Below the pieces are notes generated by a model, which was not told the origin of the DNA, did not search any database, and saw nothing but the letters and a program-made list of their open reading frames with translations. 64,000 nucleotides of DNA from contig CAXXYH010000003.1 in the NCBI GenBank assembly GCA_963677925.2, forward strand, positions 1 to 64,000. The letters are read 5' to 3'. This document shows positions 53,391-61,701 of the stretch, one piece after another. The stretch is from Spirochaetia bacterium (GTDB lineage Bacteria; Spirochaetota; Spirochaetia; UBA9216). Within the stretch, counting starts at the first letter, position 1, and every line of letters starts with the position of its first letter. The position numbers and the translations under genes are program-made.

Positions 53391-53419
53391 ATATAACTAC
53401 TCCAAATCTCTTGTTAAAT
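53391..53419. repeat. Collapsed attC-like repeat (29 bp, internal deletion)
   Basis: ATATAAC joined directly to TACTCCAAATCTCTT-GTTAAAT. Confidence 0.8.
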
Positions 53420-53500
53420 GCTTACACCCAACTTACCCAAATCATAAAATAAAAATTTGGCGCAGCCCGATGAGTTTATAGCGACGAGCAAATAACTCCT

Positions 53501-54133
53501 GTTATAGGCAGTAAGCGCCTCTTTGATTACATTTAGAGAGGCACGGATGCCGAACGGAAAGCTTTCTTCTTAATTTTTCTTCTCAACAACATTTGTAATC
53601 GACAAGTCTGAATTGATTCTGCTCTCAGAAATAATTCCAATTAAATCTTCTTCTCTCCACCATTTCTTCATATCCTCTTCACCAAAATCAGAACTAACTG
53701 ATTTCGATTTATGTCGTAGTAATGTCTCTTTAAAAGATAAATCATAATAATATGCAAATATTTCAGAGTCAAATTCTTCAATTGCTGTTTTAAATAATCT
53801 AAGATAATAATCGGAGTATAAAATTCCTTCCAAAATTACAAATTCCGAATTCCTCTTCCCATATTTAATTAATTCCTCTAAAAGCGGAATTGCCTCATTT
53901 TCAATTCTATCATGGACCCACAACATCTCTCTTCTAACATAATCCTGAGAAACAAGCATTGTATTACGGCCGAATTTTCGTTGTAAAGATTTAGCTAGTG
54001 AAGTTTTCCCACTTCCTGAATTACCTCTAATTATTATCAACTTTGACATCTACTTTATACATTCCTCTTAGAATCCGACACGGATGGCGGATTTCCTTCT
54101 TCTCGAAAAAACTTGGCGCTTATTGCCTATAAC
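53501..54133. repeat. 19-bp inverted repeat pair with GTT/AAC cores bounding a nested cassette
   Basis: GTTATAGGCAGTAAGCGCC (53501-19) and GGCGCTTATTGCCTATAAC (54115-33), one mismatch. Confidence 0.8.
53570..54049 (-). CDS. P-loop (AAA/kinase) family protein (cassette)
   Basis: IIRGNSGSGKT, SQDYVRR, ILEGI. Confidence 0.85.
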   Translation of the reverse strand: MSKLIIIRGNSGSGKTSLAKSLQRKFGRNTMLVSQDYVRREMLWVHDRIENEAIPLLEELIKYGKRNSEFVILEGILYSDYYLRLFKTAIEEFDSEIFAYYYDLSFKETLLRHKSKSVSSDFGEEDMKKWWREEDLIGIISESRINSDLSITNVVEKKN

Positions 54134-54215
54134 GTCCCGGGAATATAAGACGTTTTTATTTTTCTCATTGATTCTAACACACCCGAGGGTATCCCGAAAC
54201 TGAAAAATCCCGTGT

Positions 54216-54351
54216 ATTTAACGATGATTTGAGCTGCCTGGTGGCGCGAATCTTCGAGCGCATTGACATGATTCTGGAGTGCGGCGATCAGTCGAACGTC
54301 TCTGCAAGAATCATGACAATAACCATGACTGCTCCAATTTTCATGTTATAC
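54216..54351. repeat. attC-like repeat 3 (136 bp, divergent variant)
   Basis: ATTTAAC...CATGATTCT/AGAATCATG stem...GTTATAC. Confidence 0.85.
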
Positions 54352-54460
54352 GGAAATTAGAGCTTTATTTTTTTGCGGTATATATCAAAAAAGCGGTTTA
54401 ACTATGTATTTACTCTACTTAAAAATTTGCTGGAGCATTCTTTGAATTTTAATTTCTAAA

Positions 54461-54715
54461 TCAATAATGAAATCTACAAGATATAATCTTAATTATTTCA
54501 TCATCTACCTCATATACAATTCTATGTTCTTGATCTATTCTCCTGGACCAACAACCCTGCAATTGATATTTTAGAGGTTCAGGTTTTCCAATTCCTTCGA
54601 AAGGGTCCCTTGTTATTTCTTTAATTAATTCATTAATTCTTCTTAAATTCTTTTTGTCATTTTTTTGCCAATACAAGTAATCATCCCATGATTCGGGAGT
54701 AAATAGTATATTCAT
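54461..54715 (-). CDS. yoeB: Txe/YoeB toxin
   Basis: WDDYLYWQ, GIGKPEPLK, WSRRIDQEHRIVY, CRFHY. Confidence 0.95.
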   Translation of the reverse strand: MNILFTPESWDDYLYWQKNDKKNLRRINELIKEITRDPFEGIGKPEPLKYQLQGCWSRRIDQEHRIVYEVDDEIIKIISCRFHY

Positions 54716-54966
54716 TCTTCGATTAATTCTTTTCTAAGTGTATTACCGGATCGGGCTGAATGTAATGATTTCATGAGATGTTCAGCATTTTTTTCAGATG
54801 ATAATAAGTATTGTGTTTCTGTAAGACTATTGTAGTCATCAAGAGAAATCATAACCAAATTCTCATTATTCTTGCGAGTTATAATCAAAGGTTCATGATC
54901 TTGGTAAACTTGTTCCATTCGAGCCTTTAAATTTCTTCTTAAATCGGTATAATTTATCGCATTCAT
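54712..54966 (-). CDS. yefM: Phd/YefM antitoxin
   Basis: YTDLRRNL, PLIITR, MISLDDYNSLTETQYLL. Confidence 0.95.
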   Translation of the reverse strand: MNAINYTDLRRNLKARMEQVYQDHEPLIITRKNNENLVMISLDDYNSLTETQYLLSSEKNAEHLMKSLHSARSGNTLRKELIEE

Positions 54967-54967
54967 A

Positions 54968-55001
54968 TGTACAATATAACGTACCTATTTGTGTACGTCA
55001 A
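54968..55001 (-). promoter_or_regulatory. TA promoter with GTAC operator repeats; transcript probably leaderless
   Basis: TTGACG-17-TATATT; TGTACA/CGTACC/TGTACG; only 6 nt between the -10 and the ATG, and no SD. Confidence 0.65.
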
Positions 55002-55099
55002 TCTATTTCTATTGATTTTCACAAAGTCTAGAATTAGCAACTTTTGAAACAATTATTACGGGATATCTTAAGATATATATTTATCCATATCAAAATTCC

Positions 55100-55238
55100 G
55101 TATAACGACCAGTTCAGCAGCTTAGCGGCGTGTGTTTTCACACGCATTGGCGAGGTTCTGGAGTGTAGCGCATCAGCGCGAAACGTCTCAGCCAGAACTG
55201 TGACAATAGCCAGGACAGTTCCAAAACCCTTGTTAAAT
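55100..55238. repeat. attC-like repeat 4 (139 bp)
   Basis: GTATAAC...GCGTGTG-TTTT-CACACGC...GTTAAAT. Confidence 0.85.
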
Positions 55239-55390
55239 GCTATTACCCATATAATCCTAAATTAACAAAAATATATATAACGAAGAATAGAGTATAATTA
55301 ACGAAACATATCATCATAGAACGCAGATTTAATTGGACTTCCAAGACCCTCCAAAAGCTAAATCCGGATTACCATCTATATTTAAAATTT

Positions 55391-56392
55391 TCATCTCCAT
55401 TTTTCATTTTTTAGTTTTGCTGCTAATTCTTGAGAGTTTTTACAATCTATTGCAATATCCCAAAAATATCTTTTAGATTGCTGCATACCACCGCTTGATA
55501 TTTTAAAAAAAGATGTCTCAAATGGTTTCTCCAATAAAAAAACCTGTAAATCCACGGTTTTATTTTCTTCTACTCTCCAATCCCATTTTCGTATCATATT
55601 TTTTGCTTCTATAATCAATATTTCATCTTCAACGTTCACATTTTTCCATTTTATTCTTCCATCACTAATTTCTTTTTCAATAACTACTAAAGCTTTAATT
55701 TCGAAAATTTGATTTATTGATTTATTTAAATACGGCCCGAAGTATTTAGCTCTTCTATGACTATATGCACCACCTGTATCTGGACACATATAAACATTTT
55801 CATCAATCTCTTCATAAGTTCCTGTACAATTTACAACATCTAGCAAATATTTCCACTTTGGTAACAGATCATTTCGTTCTAAATATGTCTTGAATTCATC
55901 CAATAGATTTTGTAAATCTAAAGTATTACATGCTCCTTCCAATGCTCCCACAAAGTCTTCAAAACTAAGTGGTTGGATTATTATATTTTCTGATTTGGCA
56001 GATTGTATTGCTTCATGAAATCTAATCTCTATATTTTGATCTTCAAAATTAGATAATAATATTAGTATTTTTATTTCAGATTTATTATCAAAGCTTGTAA
56101 TGTGTCTTCGAATTTGTTCTTCATAAAACCAATCACTTAATTTTGTTTCAAAGAAAATTGAAAAAGATCGTTGTGTGATTGCTAAATCCGGAATACTTTT
56201 TCTTTGTTTAGTTTGTTGTTGAAATCTGGTTCCTACTATTAAATTTATTTCGTTTGGTAAAATTGTTGTTAAAATCTCCTCAAAATTTTTTGGACTGTTT
56301 TCATAAATCGTCTTCATCATTAAACCACAATAATTAGTTAAACTATTTTCTCTTTGATGATAATCTGAAAAAATCGATATTTCTCTACTCAT
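55391..56392 (-). CDS. Hypothetical protein with PD-(D/E)XK-like nuclease motif (cassette)
   Basis: ENSLT, IPDLAI...FFETKL, EQIRRH. Confidence 0.6.
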   Translation of the reverse strand: MSREISIFSDYHQRENSLTNYCGLMMKTIYENSPKNFEEILTTILPNEINLIVGTRFQQQTKQRKSIPDLAITQRSFSIFFETKLSDWFYEEQIRRHITSFDNKSEIKILILLSNFEDQNIEIRFHEAIQSAKSENIIIQPLSFEDFVGALEGACNTLDLQNLLDEFKTYLERNDLLPKWKYLLDVVNCTGTYEEIDENVYMCPDTGGAYSHRRAKYFGPYLNKSINQIFEIKALVVIEKEISDGRIKWKNVNVEDEILIIEAKNMIRKWDWRVEENKTVDLQVFLLEKPFETSFFKISSGGMQQSKRYFWDIAIDCKNSQELAAKLKNEKWR

Positions 56393-56575
56393 TTTTATTT
56401 CCTATTTCTATAAAACTATGTTGTTTATTTGTACCATTTTCCTTTTTTATCAATTGACCAAAGGTTAAGAATCTCCATCTTTATGAGCTAAATTAAGCTA
56501 ATGTTCCAAGTTTATCAATTTTTATTGTAACACCACTTACTCTTGCTTCCCTATTGAAAATGAAAATTTCTTGAC

Positions 56576-56712
56576 ATTTAACGACGATTTGAGTAGCGAA
56601 ACCGGCCGAGTCTTCGAGGCTTGGCGCAGTTCTGGAACGCAGCGCGATCAGCGCGAAACGTCTCAGCCAGAACCTTGATAATAGCCAAGACAGTTGCAAC
56701 CGTTTGTTCTAC
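56576..56712. repeat. attC-like repeat 5 (137 bp, chimeric arms)
   Basis: Left half matches repeats 7/8; right half resembles repeat 4. Confidence 0.85.
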
Positions 56713-56721
56713 AGACTTATA

Positions 56722-56982
56722 TTATTGATAATGTGTCCACATTCTTAATATTTTTACAATCTGTTCGTCATAAAGAACTTGGTATACAAGTCTATGCTGG
56801 ATATTTATACGTCTTGAATAAGCGCCAGTTAAATCTCCAATTAATTTTTCATATGGGGGTGGATTTTGAAATGGATCTATTTTAATTATCTCTAATAATT
56901 CTTGAGTTTTTCTTTTAAGATTACTTTCTGAAAGTTTTTTTGCATCTTTTTTAGCTTGCTTAGTATAGAGTAATCGATACAT
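56722..56982 (-). CDS. Txe/YoeB-family toxin
   Basis: PFQNPPPYEKL.GDL.GAYSRRINIQHRLVY, MWTHY. Confidence 0.95.
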   Translation of the reverse strand: MYRLLYTKQAKKDAKKLSESNLKRKTQELLEIIKIDPFQNPPPYEKLIGDLTGAYSRRINIQHRLVYQVLYDEQIVKILRMWTHYQ

Positions 56983-57225
56983 TTACCAATCCAGATTTTC
57001 TTCTAAATCATTAATTGGTGTATTCAATCCATCAACTATTGATTCTCTCATTCCAGGAATAGACATTAAATAAAGTGTTTCTTCTATACTCTTCCAATCA
57101 TCTTCTCCGATTAAAACCGCAGAGCTGTTTTTTCCGGTTATATGAATAGGCTCATGTGATAAATTGACTGATTCAACAATTCTGTAAAGGTCTTTTCTAG
57201 CATTAGTGATGTTTATAGAACTCAT
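56983..57225 (-). CDS. Phd/YefM-family antitoxin
   Basis: TNARKDLY, ETLYLMSIPGMRESI. Confidence 0.95.
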   Translation of the reverse strand: MSSINITNARKDLYRIVESVNLSHEPIHITGKNSSAVLIGEDDWKSIEETLYLMSIPGMRESIVDGLNTPINDLEENLDW

Positions 57226-57254
57226 AGATCCTCCGTACGTTAAAACGCACGTAT

Positions 57255-57283
57255 AATATACTATATAAATCTATTATTGTCTA
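57255..57283 (-). promoter_or_regulatory. Promoter of the second TA cassette
   Basis: TAGACA-17-TATATT, followed by CGTGCG/CGTACG repeats and GGAGG. Confidence 0.6.
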
Positions 57284-57412
57284 TTTAAAAATTATAGCTA
57301 AAAACCAAACCTAAACTGGAGGTTTATCCACCCAGAGTCTGGCTTCCAGTGGTCCGTTAACCTTAATTACCCATAATTTTTTGATTGTTGTTGTAAGAAA
57401 CTAATTTGTTCT

Positions 57413-57548
57413 GTAGAACGACGATTTGAGTAGCAAAATTGATCGGCGTCTTCGCCGAATTGGCGCGATTCTGGAGTGAGCGATCAGCGAGCGTCTTTAG
57501 CCAGAATCGTGACAATAAATTTTGACTACTCCAAATCTCTTGTTATAT
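57413..57548. repeat. attC-like repeat 6 (136 bp)
   Basis: GTAGAAC...TCGGCG-TCTT-CGCCGA...GTTATAT; overlaps the stop codon of the next gene. Confidence 0.9.
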
Positions 57549-59003
57549 GGATTTTTTTAAAATCACTGTTTTATCCAATTCATCCTCGATAAATCTATTT
57601 TCGAAACATTCAAACTCTTGCATAATTTGCATAAATTCAATTCCTTTAACATGCCCCTCACTATATTGCCTTTCAATTTTTTCTATTATTATTTTTTCAA
57701 ATAATTCTTGATCATTGTTAAGTATCTGTATCAAAATCTCAAATTCTTCTATATTAATCATAAATGCATTATGAAAATTACAATCATCATCATTCGAGAT
57801 CTTCTCTAATCTCTCTTTTATTACTCCGTCAGCTAAAAAAATATCATCAAAATATAGAACCAGCTTAATTATCTCTATTTCTTTATCTAAAGTTTGCTCA
57901 GTTCTAGATAATTGCTTGACAGCTTTTATATATTCTTTAAAAACGTAATCTATTTTTTCAAGATCAAAAATTATATCTTTTTCTGATATGTTAAACATCT
58001 TAAATTTTTGTTCAATTAATAATATATATTTCTGTGAATTAACTATCAAATCAGCTCGTTTCTGCTTTTTATCTTCTTTTAATCTTTCAAATTTAATATT
58101 AAATTTCTTTAGGATTTTATCAACATATTTTTCAAAGCGCATCCCTAAGTGTTGATTGATTTCTTTACCATAACTCTTTTTATATTTTTCTCGTGTATAC
58201 CAATATATAAACCCCAAACATTTATTAGCATATATAAATGAATTTAGAATCTTATATTCATCTTTACCAATTTCTATAATAGGAGTTACAAACATTTGCT
58301 TTTGATTTAAAGTTGATTTCCTAAAACAACTATAATCTGTAGCAAACTTCCTTATAATATCATGAAGTAAACTACTATTTTTTCCATATAGCAGGAACTG
58401 TTTATCTAATGCAATTGGGAATTTAATAATTGTTCCTCTTTGAGCCATTATCATTAACACAAAAGATGCAAGAACGACATTGCTAAATTCAACCTTAAAT
58501 TCATCTTCGATTATCGATTGGAGATTCACATTATCATTATAATTATCAGTTAACAATAAATTGAATCTTACAAACTTATTTATCATTCGGTACCCTTCTT
58601 GATACCAAAATGTTTTCTGCATTAAACCAAATAGGATATAGAAAAACATACTTTCATCATCAAACTGTTTACTTTCTCTATCTTTTTTAGATATTTCATC
58701 ATCGAAACCAAGAAATAATCCATATAAATTCATGAATTCATGTTCTGTAATTTTACGTGTTGATAATTCATTAGTATATTTTATTGCATAATATGAAATA
58801 TCCGCTAAATTCCAAGGAGTCAGGAAAGACGACCCCTTTTTAATTAGAATATTACTTTCACTTGATGTTTTCTCAAAAAGATGAAATCGGACTACTGGTT
58901 CATCATTCATCCATAATTTCATTGATAATGATGAAGAAATTTCCAAAATACTACTTAGTTTATAGTTTTTTATTTCTCTAATAAATCTGTAATTCTCAAA
59001 CAA
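57543..59003 (-). CDS. Hypothetical protein with C-terminal NERD/PD-(D/E)XK-like motif (cassette)
   Basis: GMRFEKYV...RADLIV...LLIEQK...KAVKQL; TAA lies inside the repeat core. Confidence 0.6.
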   Translation of the reverse strand: MFENYRFIREIKNYKLSSILEISSSLSMKLWMNDEPVVRFHLFEKTSSESNILIKKGSSFLTPWNLADISYYAIKYTNELSTRKITEHEFMNLYGLFLGFDDEISKKDRESKQFDDESMFFYILFGLMQKTFWYQEGYRMINKFVRFNLLLTDNYNDNVNLQSIIEDEFKVEFSNVVLASFVLMIMAQRGTIIKFPIALDKQFLLYGKNSSLLHDIIRKFATDYSCFRKSTLNQKQMFVTPIIEIGKDEYKILNSFIYANKCLGFIYWYTREKYKKSYGKEINQHLGMRFEKYVDKILKKFNIKFERLKEDKKQKRADLIVNSQKYILLIEQKFKMFNISEKDIIFDLEKIDYVFKEYIKAVKQLSRTEQTLDKEIEIIKLVLYFDDIFLADGVIKERLEKISNDDDCNFHNAFMINIEEFEILIQILNNDQELFEKIIIEKIERQYSEGHVKGIEFMQIMQEFECFENRFIEDELDKTVILKKSI

Positions 59004-59027
59004 CTATTTTTTCCTATTCTTAATTCC

Positions 59028-59166
59028 ATATAACGACGATTTGAGTAGCGAAACCGGCCGAGTCTTCGAGGCTTGGCGCAGTTCTGGAACGTAGCGCGAT
59101 CAGCGCGGAGTGTCTTTAGCCAGAACTGTGACAAAGGTTTTGACTACTCCAAATCTCTTGTTATAT
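59028..59166. repeat. attC-like repeat 7 (139 bp)
   Basis: Consensus copy, nearly identical to repeat 8. Confidence 0.95.
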
Positions 59167-60330
59167 GGATTTATTCTCTTTCTCTAATTCATGCTCCTCT
59201 AAATTAGATATCTTAAAAATAATATAAGTATATAGGACAAAGAATACATACCTAATTACAAACAGTATTATGAACCTTATAAGATTATTACTTATAATCA
59301 TCAATATATTTGTACTATCCAAAGTTATTGATCTCAGAAAATAGTCAATTACAACATTGACTCCTAAAAAGATAATATTATATTTTAAGAGACTGGATAA
59401 ATTCCTTACTATGAAATCGATTGTATTTAATAAAGCTATTTTTAATTTTTCATTATAAATACTGATTCTAATTAATAATACCGGAACTAAGAAACCAAAC
59501 ACTATTTTTATAAAAGAAATTAATGTTATATATTTATTAAACAAATCTTTATCTATATAAAACCCTACAGAGAATATAAAACTAGTTAGTACAATTATAA
59601 AGAATATTGAGATATTGTTTTCAATACTAAAAGTGATTATCTCTTTATTATCACATTTTATATCCTTAAAATAGTTTATCAGACAAGTAAATACGTATCT
59701 ATAAAATATTGAAGCTATATAAGATATCAAAATAGTTTGCAAAATCATTATTACTTTTTCAATATTGCGTATTTCAAAATTATCATAAAAAATAGCTAAT
59801 AATATTAATAACAATACAAGTGCAGCAAATACCGTATAAATAATATATATTTCTTTTATTTTACTTCTTTTTATTCCTTTTCCTACTCTTATTATATATA
59901 TAAATAAGGCTATTATCATTATAAACATAATTGTATTGTAAAAATTAAATAGGGAAATAGTACTATATAAATATTTACCAAGGTTTTGGTAAAGAAAAAT
60001 TATAATATTTTTTAAATCTAACAAATCGTTTGCACTTTTAAATATTAACCCATTATCACCTTTATAATATTTTACATAATTCATTAGATTTGGAATCTGA
60101 ATAGCTTCAATCACTATCTTAGTAACAACAGGGATAATAAAAAATAAGATCCAATTTTTAGACATGCTATTCTTACAAAGATCAATTATATTTCTTCTAT
60201 CTAAAATATTCTTATCTTCAATATTTCTATTATTATCATTCTTTATTCTCATTAGAATTATAAAACATAATACAGCTATGAAAGATGTGATTAATAGATC
60301 GTAGTTTATCTCCATTTTCATTGCTCCCAT
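59161..60330 (-). CDS. Hypothetical polytopic membrane protein (cassette)
   Basis: Long, very AT-rich ORF with ~9 TM segments; TAA lies inside the repeat core. Confidence 0.7.
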   Translation of the reverse strand: MGAMKMEINYDLLITSFIAVLCFIILMRIKNDNNRNIEDKNILDRRNIIDLCKNSMSKNWILFFIIPVVTKIVIEAIQIPNLMNYVKYYKGDNGLIFKSANDLLDLKNIIIFLYQNLGKYLYSTISLFNFYNTIMFIMIIALFIYIIRVGKGIKRSKIKEIYIIYTVFAALVLLLILLAIFYDNFEIRNIEKVIMILQTILISYIASIFYRYVFTCLINYFKDIKCDNKEIITFSIENNISIFFIIVLTSFIFSVGFYIDKDLFNKYITLISFIKIVFGFLVPVLLIRISIYNEKLKIALLNTIDFIVRNLSSLLKYNIIFLGVNVVIDYFLRSITLDSTNILMIISNNLIRFIILFVIRYVFFVLYTYIIFKISNLEEHELEKENKSI

Positions 60331-60374
60331 ATTATCATATTCATACTAAATTTAGTAATATCTCTCAGAATTCC

Positions 60375-60513
60375 ATATAACGACGATTTGAGTAGCGAAA
60401 CCGGCCGAGTCTTCGAGGCTTGGCGCAGTTCTGGAACGCAGCGCGATTAGCGCAGAGTGTCTTTAGCCAGAACTGTGACAAAGGTTTTGACTACTCCAAA
60501 TCTCTTGTTATGT
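60375..60513. repeat. attC-like repeat 8 (139 bp)
   Basis: ATATAAC...GTTATGT. Confidence 0.95.
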
Positions 60514-60586
60514 TGTATTTTGTTTTTCTATTCTTTTTATATTTTCATTATTTTGTTCCAAGGTTCTTATTTTTCATAATTAAAAT

Positions 60587-61387
60587 TTATAAATCTATAA
60601 TATCCATTTTATATTCTACTGTGCTAGGAATAGCTTTATAGTAATCAATCTGACAATTTTTTTCTTTAAATACATTTTTTATCAAATCGATATTATCAAT
60701 TTTTGTTTTATCTCCAAATATTATTCCACATAATTTTCTCGGATTGTAAGTAATTTTCTGCTTTGAATTTGAAAACTTATCATAGATAACCGCACGCCAC
60801 TCTTGCTCATATTTCCAATTTTCATGTTTAGTATATAAATATTTTGCCATATCTTCTATATTTCGATTTAATATATTGTTTTGTACAGGCATTGTTTCAG
60901 AATAATTGATTTTTTTTATAAATATAAATCCAGGAGGAACAAGGTTAGTATGTCTCCCATTAAAATTGTGTCCTTTGAATTTAATTCCATATAAATCATT
61001 ATAATTATTTAACTCTATCTTTATACATATTCCGGAATGATTTTCTGCATAATGACTCCACATCAATGTATTATGTGGATTTTCTGTTAGAGACAATACG
61101 CTTATAGTATCATTTGCTTTTTCTATATTATTCTTATTGAATTTATCATCTAAAAGTTTGGGATTGTTCAAATACTTTATATATTCATAATATTTATTAT
61201 TAGTAGGTTTTAATTTTGTACTCCTAATATAATCTCTTTTTTCTTCATCAGTACCTTTAATATAGTAACGAATTTTACAATCGAATGGATCATTGAGTTG
61301 ACTTGGTTTAGCAAAATATAAATAACTATTTTTTAAAGAATCTAAGGTATTTTCATTAATATTATAAAATTTATATATATATTTCAT
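60587..61387 (-). CDS. DUF2971-domain protein (first cassette)
   Basis: LNDPFDC, LMWSHYAENHSGICI, KHENWKYEQEWR. Confidence 0.85.
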   Translation of the reverse strand: MKYIYKFYNINENTLDSLKNSYLYFAKPSQLNDPFDCKIRYYIKGTDEEKRDYIRSTKLKPTNNKYYEYIKYLNNPKLLDDKFNKNNIEKANDTISVLSLTENPHNTLMWSHYAENHSGICIKIELNNYNDLYGIKFKGHNFNGRHTNLVPPGFIFIKKINYSETMPVQNNILNRNIEDMAKYLYTKHENWKYEQEWRAVIYDKFSNSKQKITYNPRKLCGIIFGDKTKIDNIDLIKNVFKEKNCQIDYYKAIPSTVEYKMDIIDL

Positions 61388-61536
61388 TTTCTAAATATTC
61401 CTTCTCCAATTCTTTTTTTAAATCGGAACTCAACATATTAAACAACTGCAGTTCAGTTTGGCCTTCTTATTTGATTCTGCTTGGAAACTAATCTATTAGA
61501 AAATTGTATATCCAGATAGTAAACTATTCCCTATAT

Positions 61537-61553
61537 CAACATAACGACGATTT
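61537..61553. other. Array-terminal half site (attI-like site or truncated attC)
   Basis: CAACATAAC-GACGATTT: core plus 8 nt of the repeat arm, complementary to GTTATGTTG at 60507. Confidence 0.7.
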
Positions 61554-61701
61554 AAACGCAGCCCATGGAAGAAGTTGTTGAAAAAGTAGGGTAAACCCTT
61601 ACCCAATAACACTTTACTCCTCTGTAAGGTTCTATCTAATACTAAACCAAAATGGCCGTGTATGCAGCTATGATAGCATTTCGGCCGCATAAGGAGTTTT
61701 T

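Larger units (their letters stand above)
51614..61553 (-). mobile_element. Integron-like gene cassette array (8 cassettes)
   Basis: Co-oriented AT-rich genes separated by conserved attC-like repeats, complementary cassette ends, TA cassettes. Confidence 0.9.

Noticed and set aside
57314-57350. ACTGGA...TCCAGT hairpin in the second TA cassette leader
   Set aside because: Single copy, no GTT/AAC cores and no U-tract, so no function can be supported.
51604-60641. Short ORFs crossing the repeats (51604-51795, 51626-51853, 55044-55265, 56493-56699, 60420-60641)
   Set aside because: Their similarity comes from the repeat DNA; starts, strands and lengths are inconsistent.
51614-61553. CRISPR array interpretation of the repeats
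   Set aside because: Repeats are ~137 bp, the spacers are whole genes of 0.6-1.5 kb, and no cas genes are present.
61554-61701. Pc-like promoter firing into the array
   Set aside because: No convincing -35/-10 pair was found by eye; TSS data are needed.
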